Shown here one piece after another: positions 5,684 through 10,889 of a DNA stretch of 13,201 nt. A program made the translations under genes and the position numbers. Positions within the stretch are counted from its first letter, which is position 1; every line of letters begins with the position of its first letter. This DNA comes from Polyangiaceae bacterium (lineage in GTDB: Bacteria; Myxococcota_A; Polyangia; Polyangiales; Polyangiaceae): assembly GCA_035499695.1 (NCBI GenBank), contig DATJYG010000339.1:1-13201 (forward strand), in the 5' to 3' direction. A model generated the notes under the pieces. It had not been told where the DNA came from. It searched no databases and saw nothing but the letters and a program-made list of their open reading frames with translations.

Positions 5684-5756
5684 GCCCTCGTAGCTCAGTT
5701 GGCAGAGCATCCGCTGTCTAAGCGGACGGTCCTTGGTTCGAATCCAAGCGAGGGCT
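5684..5756 (+). tRNA. tRNA, anticodon UCU by position (Arg, AGA/AGG), with G instead of U at position 33
   Basis: GCCCTCG-TA-GCTC-AGTTGGCA-GAGC-A-TCCGC-TGTCTAA-GCGGA-CGGTC-CTTGG-TTCGAAT-CCAAG-CGAGGGC-T. It forms a standard 73-nt cloverleaf with all stems fully paired. No CCA is encoded. Confidence 0.8.
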
Positions 5757-5761
5757 CGCAT

Positions 5762-5846
5762 TCGGAGGTAACTCAGTGGCAGAGTGCCGTGTTACTCCTT
5801 GCGGGTAACGCGGATGTCGAAGGTTCGAACCCTTCCCTCCGAGCCA
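5762..5846 (+). tRNA. tRNA-like gene with extended anticodon arm (9-bp stem, 9-nt loop UCCUUGCGG); anticodon ambiguous (UGC if anchored to the 3' side); CCA encoded
   Basis: TCGGAGG-TA-ACTC-AGTGGCA-GAGT-G-CCGTGTTAC-TCCTTGCGG-GTAACGCGG-ATGTC-GAAGG-TTCGAAC-CCTTC-CCTCCGA-G-CCA. The acceptor, D and T arms are canonical. The long stem has 8 Watson-Crick pairs and 1 G-U pair. Confidence 0.65.
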
Positions 5847-5853
5847 ACGTCTC

Positions 5854-5926
5854 GCACCCATCGCTCAGTGGTAGAGCAGCAGAAATGTAGAATCTGCCCG
5901 CGCCGGTTCGAATCCGGCTGGGTGCA
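5854..5926 (+). tRNA. tRNA with 9-nt anticodon loop AAUGUAGAA; anticodon ambiguous (GUA if centred, UAG if anchored to the 3' side, GUAG if 4-base)
   Basis: GCACCCA-TC-GCTC-AGTGGTA-GAGC-A-GCAGA-AATGTAGAA-TCTGC-CCGC-GCCGG-TTCGAAT-CCGGC-TGGGTGC-A. All stems are fully paired and the variable region is short. It is followed by CCG rather than CCA. Confidence 0.7.
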
Positions 5927-5940
5927 CCGAGTCGGCCATC

Positions 5941-5974
5941 GGTGTCGTCGGTGTCGGTGTCGTCGGTATCGGTC
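5941..5974. repeat. Tandem direct repeat, 15-nt unit GGTGTCGTCGGTGTC x2 plus a partial copy (hexamer GGTRTC x5)
   Basis: 5941-5955 is GGTGTCGTCGGTGTC, 5956-5970 is GGTGTCGTCGGTATC, and 5971-5974 is GGTC. It lies between the last tRNA and the promoter-like AT-richer stretch before the RHH gene. The ORFs across it (TDTDDTDTDD on the minus strand) are spurious. Confidence 0.8.
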
Positions 5975-5978
5975 AGAG

Positions 5979-6007
5979 TTGCGTTACGCAAAGTTACTTG
6001 ATACATA
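5979..6007 (+). promoter_or_regulatory. Putative promoter/operator: inverted repeat TTGCG-TTA-CGCAA overlapping a -35-like TTGCGT; 17-nt spacer; -10-like TACATA preceded by TG
   Basis: This is the only clearly AT-richer stretch in the window, directly upstream of ATG 6012, which has no Shine-Dalgarno sequence. The hexamers match consensus only partly. Confidence 0.3.
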
Positions 6008-6011
6008 GTAC

Positions 6012-6245
6012 ATGATGACGACTTCCGAAGAACCCAAAGAGAAGAAAAAGCGCGGCCGCCGCAAGCGGAGCGCCAAGAGGCGTGCGACCACCACGCAGGT
6101 GACCTTCCGCATCGAGAAGGACTGGCTGAAGCGCGCCGACAAGGTGGCTGCCAAGCTCTCGTCGAACGGTGTCAAGCTGACCCGCACCGACGGGTTCCGC
6201 GCCGTCATGGCTGCTGGGTTCGAGGTCCACGAGCGCCGGCGCTGA
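6012..6245 (+). CDS. Ribbon-helix-helix (CopG/Arc/MetJ-type) DNA-binding protein with basic N-terminal tail
   Basis: MMTTSEEPKEKKKRGRRKRSAKRRATTTQ-VTFRI-EKDWLKRADKVAAKL-SSNGVKLTRTD-GFRAVMAAGFEV fits a beta strand, helix, loop, helix layout typical of RHH repressors. Confidence 0.65.
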   Translation: MMTTSEEPKEKKKRGRRKRSAKRRATTTQVTFRIEKDWLKRADKVAAKLSSNGVKLTRTDGFRAVMAAGFEVHERRR

Positions 6246-6252
6246 GATCTCC

Positions 6253-6486
6253 GTGGCGACGAGGATGTTCCAGCGCAGCGATGGGGCTCCGGCTTTCTGG
6301 TGCTCCATCTGCAAGGGCGGCTCGAGCCGCTTCGTCGACGTGAGCCCGCCTTCGAGGACTTCGCGCGGCGAGGGCCAGGTCGACATCGACCGCCGCGAAG
6401 ACCGCGAGCTGCCTGGAGATTTCTTGCGCATCTGCGCGGGCTGCGTCGCCCGCATGGCGCAAGCGCTGGAGGGACGCGAGCTGTAA
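6253..6486 (+). CDS. Small zinc-ribbon protein (CxxC ... CxxC)
   Basis: GC3-rich frame containing WCSICKG ... RICAGCVARM. Start is GTG 6253, 7 nt after the previous stop; ATG 6265 is an alternative. Confidence 0.6.
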   Translation: MATRMFQRSDGAPAFWCSICKGGSSRFVDVSPPSRTSRGEGQVDIDRREDRELPGDFLRICAGCVARMAQALEGREL

Positions 6487-6506
6487 CGAATTCTTCCGTC
6501 GCCCGA

Positions 6507-6977
6507 ATGGTGAGGGTGATGAAAGAACCCCATGAAAGCGTGGACGTGATGCCCGATCTCAGAAGAACGATTCGGATCCTGACCGAAGATTTCGCTGACG
6601 CGGTGGCCTCCGCGGTCCAGGGCGCAGTCCGCGAGCAGGCGTCCGAGTTCGCCGAGGGCCTGCTCGAGGCCCTGCGCTCCGCTTCGCTCTCGGACATCGT
6701 CGGGGGTGCGGGTCCCGCGGAGCTTCCTCCCGCGCGCCGCGCCGCTGGTCCCGCGAGGCGGCAGAGGCGCCGCACGGCCGGCGAGATCGACCAGCTCGCC
6801 AAAGAGATCGTCGATCTCTGCAAGAAGCACCCCGAGGGCGTGAAGGCCGAGGAGATGCGTGCGGTGCTCAAGGTCGAGGCCGGCCAGCTCCAGCGCCCGG
6901 TCTTCTTGCTCCTCAAGCGGGGCACCATCCGAAAGACGGGCCAGAAGCGCTCGACCCTCTACTTCTCGGCGGCGTGA
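6507..6977 (+). CDS. Hypothetical protein with C-terminal winged-helix-like DNA-binding domain
   Basis: GC3-rich tail of track ORF 6300..6977. The C-terminus reads EIDQLAKEIVDLCKKHPEGVKAEEMRAVLKVEAGQLQRPVFLLLKRGTIRKTGQKRSTLYFSAA (wHTH-like, ends in a GQKRxTxYF motif). The start is uncertain among ATG 6507, GTG 6510 and ATG 6519, none with a good Shine-Dalgarno sequence. Confidence 0.6.
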   Translation: MVRVMKEPHESVDVMPDLRRTIRILTEDFADAVASAVQGAVREQASEFAEGLLEALRSASLSDIVGGAGPAELPPARRAAGPARRQRRRTAGEIDQLAKEIVDLCKKHPEGVKAEEMRAVLKVEAGQLQRPVFLLLKRGTIRKTGQKRSTLYFSAA

Positions 6978-7202
6978 AGCGTCAGACGAAGACCCTCCAG
7001 CGTTTGCTCCGCGCCGACTTTCTCGACTTCGGAGACCTCGTGACTGTCGCGCATGCATGCATCAAGATGCGCGACGCCGCGTTCGAGGCCGCCGAGCGCG
7101 CGCGTCGAGGACCGGCTCCTGCGTGCGCGGGATCTCGAACGCCTCGGGGCGCAGTATAACCGCGTGCTCGTGCGAATCGGGCATCCCGCGGCGATCCGTT
7201 GA
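6974..7202 (+). CDS. Hypothetical small helical protein whose coding signal switches frame (+1) near 7094-7106; either frameshifted or two overlapping ORFs (6974..7159 and 7053..7202)
   Basis: GTG 6974 overlaps the upstream TGA (GTGA). Frame 2 gives MKRQTKTLQRLLRADFLDFGDLVTVAHACIKMRDAAFEAAERA with high GC3, then GC3 collapses. Frame 3 gives RVEDRLLRARDLERLGAQYNRVLVRIGHPAAIR* with high GC3 up to TGA 7200-7202. The switch falls in the GCGCGCGCG run. Confidence 0.45.
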
Positions 7203-7232
7203 TTGACGGGCCCCGGAGCCGTGCAGTAAGTT
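7203..7232 (+). promoter_or_regulatory. Putative promoter: -35 TTGACG, 18-nt spacer, -10 TAAGTT, 6 nt to ATG 7239 (leaderless geometry)
   Basis: TTGACG is at 7203-7208 and TAAGTT (TANNNT) at 7227-7232. ATG 7239 has no Shine-Dalgarno sequence. Confidence 0.35.
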
Positions 7233-7238
7233 TGCAGC

Positions 7239-7511
7239 ATGAGCGACCAGAACTGCGCGCACTGCAACGGGGCCCAGCACTGCTACCAGCAAGCCATGAG
7301 CCAGAGGATGCCTCCCTACGAGGCCATCCGCTCGGCCCTGCTCACCGGCATCGTCGTCGGCACGACCGACCTCGCCGACGCGCCCGCGTGCGAGGCCTGC
7401 CAGCGCGCCATCGAGACGATCCGCGAGGGCATCGAGCGCGGCGCCGCGATGATGGGCGACCAGGTCCGCCAGCGCCAGCGCCCGGCGGCTCCCGCCCAGC
7501 AGGGGAAGTGA
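7239..7511 (+). CDS. Small Cys-rich (CxxC..C ... CxxC) protein
   Basis: Very high GC3. MSDQNCAHCNGAQHCYQQ ... APACEACQRAIE. Confidence 0.7.
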   Translation: MSDQNCAHCNGAQHCYQQAMSQRMPPYEAIRSALLTGIVVGTTDLADAPACEACQRAIETIREGIERGAAMMGDQVRQRQRPAAPAQQGK

Positions 7512-7515
7512 CGCG

Positions 7516-8061
7516 ATGGTGGGCAAGCTCGTCTCCCACTTCGACACCGCGACCGGTCGCGAGCACGCGACGGCGGCCCCGGCAGACGCCGCCCAGCCCG
7601 AGCAGCCGCTCCGCCCGCCGAGCGCGGCGACCGCCCTCGCTCCGGGACCTGAGAAGGAGACGTGGCCCCCGAGCGTCTCACGCGACGCTCCCGAGAAGCT
7701 CTCGACCGAGACCCGCGCGCATGCCTTCTTCGTCCGCACCAAACGCCGCGAGATCCTCTCGACCATCGGCGTCCTCGAGCTTTTGGCCAAGTGTCCCGTC
7801 GCCGAGGACAGCGAGGGCCGCGAGGGCGTCATGATCCACCGCGACGTGCTCTTCTCGCTCGGCTACCACCTGCTCGACGTCGTGCACGAGCTGGAGAACG
7901 CGCGCCGCGGCCAGCGGGACGAAGGCCCGCGCTACGACGAGCGCATGTCGAAGGCCCTCGACCAGCTCGGCCTCCGCGACGCGGAGATCAAGGAGCTTCG
8001 CGCGGCGCTCGGCGAGGCCGCGATCAAGATCCGAAGGCTCGAGAGCAAGCTCTTCAAATGA
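7516..8061 (+). CDS. Hypothetical protein with Pro/Ala-rich N-terminus and C-terminal coiled coil
   Basis: ATG 7516 is preceded by GGGGAAG with 7-nt spacing. GC3-rich. The C-terminus reads LRDAEIKELRAALGEAAIKIRRLESKLFK. Confidence 0.7.
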   Translation: MVGKLVSHFDTATGREHATAAPADAAQPEQPLRPPSAATALAPGPEKETWPPSVSRDAPEKLSTETRAHAFFVRTKRREILSTIGVLELLAKCPVAEDSEGREGVMIHRDVLFSLGYHLLDVVHELENARRGQRDEGPRYDERMSKALDQLGLRDAEIKELRAALGEAAIKIRRLESKLFK

Positions 8062-8088
8062 GGGGCGCGGGGCGGACGCGGCGGGGCC

Positions 8089-8607
8089 TCAGCGCCTCGT
8101 GACGCGGCGGCTCACCGTCTCTTCGATCTCGTCGGCCACCGCGGAATCGACGATGAAGTTGATCTGGCCTCCGAGGACGCCGGCGAAAGGGCTCGTTCCC
8201 TTCCAGACTGCGCCGGAGAGATCGCCGTAGCTCGCGTCGGTCATGTCGATCCTTTCGCTCACGCCAAGCTCGACCAGAGACGCTTGCTTCGGATCGCGTA
8301 CGTCGAACCAAAAGGTGCCGACGAGGTCGTCGTAGCGGTCGTGCCCCTCGTCGCGGACGGTGTTGAACTTCGTCCGAAGCCATGCGAGCGAATTCCTCTC
8401 GAGCTTGGCGATGTCATCGTTCAAGACCCCCCAGCCCTTTTCTGTGATGTCGCCCTCGGCATCGACGTAGCCGGCGCGCATCGCCTTCTTGCGATCTTCC
8501 GGATCGCCGTGCTTGGGTCCGAACGCGTCCCTGGCGTTCTCTTCGACCAGCTCTTGGCTGTAAATGCCAATGGCAAAAGCCCCTTCGCGCTCGTTCTTCT
8601 CGTCCAT
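8089..8607 (-). CDS. Hypothetical protein (172 aa)
   Basis: ATG 8607 with AGGA 7 nt upstream. Coding-like composition (MDEKNEREGAFAIGIYSQELVEENARDAFGPKHGDPEDRKKAMRAGYVDAEGDITEKGWGV...). No motif recognised. Confidence 0.7.
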   Translation of the reverse strand: MDEKNEREGAFAIGIYSQELVEENARDAFGPKHGDPEDRKKAMRAGYVDAEGDITEKGWGVLNDDIAKLERNSLAWLRTKFNTVRDEGHDRYDDLVGTFWFDVRDPKQASLVELGVSERIDMTDASYGDLSGAVWKGTSPFAGVLGGQINFIVDSAVADEIEETVSRRVTRR

Positions 8608-8629
8608 GGACGAATCCTACTCCATTCGG

Positions 8630-8635
8630 TAGTCT
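8630..8635 (+). promoter_or_regulatory. Possible -10 element TAGTCT (GGTAG context) in the divergent intergenic region upstream of 8692
   Basis: TANNNT preceded by GG, as at 1263 and 3423. It lies about 57 nt upstream of a start that does have a Shine-Dalgarno sequence. Weak evidence. Confidence 0.2.
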
Positions 8636-8691
8636 CTCGGGGAGCTGGCGAGAGGTGCGCCGGGCCTGGGACACGTCCAAGGAGCGCACCG

Positions 8692-10338
8692 ATGAGCCAC
8701 GATACGATCCTCGCGAAGACCCCCTCGGTCATCTACCGACCGGGGGCCGCCTCCTCGGACCTCGCGCTCGCCACGTGGGCGGAGGTCCAGGAGTTCATCG
8801 CCTTCCGGCAGGGAGCGTGCATCGTCTACGTCGACGACAGCCTCACGGGCGGCGCGGGCGCGGCCGTTCCGAGCGCGAGCGGCGTGACGGACGGCTTCGG
8901 GCGTCTCGAGCTTCGGCCCTACAGGCAGGACGGTAACCAGGTCGCGCTCGTGATCCAAGACGGCGCGACGCTCAAGGGGCTCTACCGCGTCGCGGGCACG
9001 CTCGGCGTTTACTGCGACACCCAGGGCGCGACACCCGCGCTCGACTGGGACTACACGCCGGGCTCGAGCGGTGCCTCGGCCGTGCCCATCTTCTACGTCG
9101 AGGAGGAAGCGACGATCGGCAACACGCCGACCGCGACCGAGCCCGCCGTCGTCGTCCCCGCCGGCAAACAGCTCGCGTGGAACTTCGACTCGCGCGGAGG
9201 GATCTTGCTCCTCGCGCCGGGCGCGGTCTTCCTCGTCCAGCTCACCAACGCGGCCGCGACTTTCTTCGCCATCCATGCCGAATCCGCGCAAATCTGCGAA
9301 GGGGGGAGCTTCGCGAACGTGGCGACCGGAGGCCCGCTCACGACGGCGATCTTCCAGTTCGACTCGAGCACGCTCTCCCTCTCGCCCGTGACTCCTTCGT
9401 TCGTGGTCGGGACGTTGATCTCCGAGCAGACGGATTCGCACGTCGTCGAGCTGACCTTCACCGCGTCTGCGACCGACGTCCTCGCGGCGCTCCAGACGCC
9501 GACCATGACGACGCTGCGGGCGCTGCCGACTTCGGGTAGCGCGCGCGTCGACGTCGAAGGCTTCGGCGGATCGGGCGGCGGGGGCGGCGGGGGCGGCGGC
9601 GACATGGGCGTGCCCGGCGGCGGAGGAGGAGGCAGCGGCGGGGCCCGCTACCAGCGCGCCGGCATCACCATCGATCTCTCGCACAGGCTCGACGTCACGG
9701 TCGGCGCGGGCGGACCGGCCGGAGCAGCAGGCGCCCCGACGCTCGCCGGCGGCAACGGCGGAGACGGCGCGTCGAGCACCGTCCTCGACTTCAACACGAA
9801 CGTCTTTCTCGCGGCTTTCCCGGGAAGCACGGGCGGCGAGGGCGGTAACTCCGCCTCCGTCAACAACTACCGCCACGGCGGCGCGTCGTATCCGGGCGCG
9901 TGGATTCCGACCGCCCCGGCCGAGAGCGGACCGGCCGACCCTGCGCTCAAGTACGGGATGGGCTTCTTCGCAGCCGGCGGCAAGGGCGCCCCCATCACCG
10001 GGTTCGCCATTCAGAGCGGCGCCGCGGGCCAGCCGAACGCTCCCTCCCTCAACCTGCCTGCTGGCGGGGGCACCACCTTCTGGCACGCGGGCGCGGGCGG
10101 CGTCGGCGGCACCACCTCGAACGGAGGAGGCGGCGGGGGCGCAGGCATCTTCGCGGACGGAGGCGCCGGCGGCGCCGAGGCGCCGGCGGGTTCACCCGGG
10201 AACCCTGGTGGGAGTGCGGCGGCGAACTCGGGCGCCGGCGCGGGAGGTGGGGCCGGCGGCGTGAGCAACACGGACGCCGGCGGCGCGGGCGGCGCGGGCT
10301 CGGACGGTTGGGTGAAGCTTTCGCTCGTCGCGCCCTGA
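8692..10338 (+). CDS. Large structural protein with glycine-rich C-terminal domain, probable tail fibre / receptor-binding protein (548 aa)
   Basis: ATG 8692 is preceded by GGAG with 7-nt spacing. The track ORF's extension back to 8284 is antisense to gene 8089..8607 and is rejected. The N-terminal ~290 aa are beta-rich. The C-terminal ~260 aa are Gly/Ala-rich (GGSGGGGGGGGGDMGVPGGGGGGSGG ... GAGGGAGGVSNTDAGGAGGAGSDGWVKLSLVAP), like the glycine-rich domains of phage fibre proteins. Confidence 0.8.
   Translation: MSHDTILAKTPSVIYRPGAASSDLALATWAEVQEFIAFRQGACIVYVDDSLTGGAGAAVPSASGVTDGFGRLELRPYRQDGNQVALVIQDGATLKGLYRVAGTLGVYCDTQGATPALDWDYTPGSSGASAVPIFYVEEEATIGNTPTATEPAVVVPAGKQLAWNFDSRGGILLLAPGAVFLVQLTNAAATFFAIHAESAQICEGGSFANVATGGPLTTAIFQFDSSTLSLSPVTPSFVVGTLISEQTDSHVVELTFTASATDVLAALQTPTMTTLRALPTSGSARVDVEGFGGSGGGGGGGGGDMGVPGGGGGGSGGARYQRAGITIDLSHRLDVTVGAGGPAGAAGAPTLAGGNGGDGASSTVLDFNTNVFLAAFPGSTGGEGGNSASVNNYRHGGASYPGAWIPTAPAESGPADPALKYGMGFFAAGGKGAPITGFAIQSGAAGQPNAPSLNLPAGGGTTFWHAGAGGVGGTTSNGGGGGGAGIFADGGAGGAEAPAGSPGNPGGSAAANSGAGAGGGAGGVSNTDAGGAGGAGSDGWVKLSLVAP
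9574..9600 (+). repeat. 9-nt tandem repeat GGCGGCGGG / GGCGGCGGG / GGCGGCGGC encoding a run of nine glycines
   Basis: Read directly in frame 1 of 8692..10338 (GGC GGC GGG GGC GGC GGG GGC GGC GGC). Confidence 0.85.
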
Positions 10339-10342
10339 GCGA

Positions 10343-10603
10343 TCACCGCACGGGCTGATGGTGCGCGCGGCGACGCTTGCGGAGGGCCTCGGAGTAGTGC
10401 GCGAACTGGCCGAAGCGCCCGCGGCCGACGCGTCCGGAGTGGACGCCTCGGTACATGTCGGCGAACTGGTTCGCGCCGGACGAGCTGAGGCCGAGCATCT
10501 TGCGTCCGAAGTGCTTGACCCGAGCGGGCGTCATGCCTCGGCCGAGCGCGCGCGCCGCGGAGGCGTAGAGGTATTTCTTCGTGCGGGCGGTCGTGTGCTT
10601 CAT
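10343..10603 (-). CDS. Small basic hypothetical protein (86 aa)
   Basis: ATG 10603, very high GC3, no clear Shine-Dalgarno sequence. Its stop lies 4 nt from the convergent stop of 8692..10338. Confidence 0.6.
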   Translation of the reverse strand: MKHTTARTKKYLYASAARALGRGMTPARVKHFGRKMLGLSSSGANQFADMYRGVHSGRVGRGRFGQFAHYSEALRKRRRAHHQPVR

Positions 10604-10646
10604 GAGCGGAGGATACCACCAGGGCCGAGATGACGGGAGCCGCGCC

Positions 10647-10889
10647 TCACACCCTCTCCAGCTCGTCGCCGACGCCGACCTCCTTCGCGCCGCAAAGGAG
10701 CAGCCCCACCGGATCGCCCTCCTTGAGGGGCCGGAGGCGCGTCTCGACGCCGTGGACCTTCCATTCGGCGCCGTCGGAGCGGCGCCGAAAGACGTCGCCG
10801 GATTTCGGCTCGGGGCCGCCCTTCCATTCGAAGAGCGCGAGGTGGCCGTCCCTGCCCTTGATCTTGACGACGTCGAGGATCAGGATCAC
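10647..10889 (-). CDS. Small beta-rich hypothetical protein (80 aa)
   Basis: Only the last ~80 codons of track ORF 10647..11909 look coding (ILILDVVKIKGRDGHLALFEWKGGPEPKSGDVFRRRSDGAEWKVHGVE...). GTG 10889 overlaps the upstream TGA (GTGA). GTG 10892 is an alternative. Confidence 0.55.
   Translation of the reverse strand: MILILDVVKIKGRDGHLALFEWKGGPEPKSGDVFRRRSDGAEWKVHGVETRLRPLKEGDPVGLLLCGAKEVGVGDELERV

Noticed and set aside
5787-5813. Intron in tRNA-like gene #3
   Set aside because: The extra nucleotides are distributed on both strands of a continuous helix rather than forming one contiguous insert. There is no bulge-helix-bulge motif, and the segment is far too short for a group I intron.
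5941-5974. CRISPR array
   Set aside because: The repeats are 6-15 nt and directly abutting, with no spacers, so this is a simple tandem repeat.
5312-6006. ORFs 5312..5761 (-), 5699..5890 (+), 5773..6006 (-) and 5784..6008 (+)
   Set aside because: They run through the four tRNA-shaped genes and the tandem repeat. The TDTDDTDTDD stretch is only the repeat being translated.
5600-6010. Phage attachment site or integrase next to the tRNA genes
   Set aside because: No integrase or recombinase-like ORF occurs in the window. The tRNA-shaped genes are complete rather than 3' fragments, so nothing supports an att site.
5984-7832. Long minus-strand ORFs 5984..6928, 5994..7058 and 7062..7832, and plus ORF 7199..7834
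   Set aside because: These shadow frames are opposite or offset to the plus-strand regulator block, giving Arg/Ser/Pro-rich products. In the 6978-7202 interval the minus strand also gives a plausible peptide with the same frame break. I preferred the plus strand because of the GTGA coupling at 6974 and co-orientation with its neighbours.
8062-8088. G-rich convergent intergenic tract (GGGGCGCGGGGCGGACGCGGCGGGGCC) as a G-quadruplex or terminator
   Set aside because: It has only three long G runs plus GG pairs, no hairpin and no T tract. This cannot be distinguished from ordinary GC-rich spacer by eye.
8284-8691. N-terminal 136-codon extension of track ORF 8284..10338
   Set aside because: It is antisense to the well-supported gene 8089..8607 and has no ribosome-binding site. 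ATG 8692 has GGAG at ideal spacing.
8617-10086. 489-aa minus-strand ORF opposite the glycine-rich gene
   Set aside because: It is an Arg/Glu/Asp-rich antisense shadow of Gly (GGC/GGG) codons.
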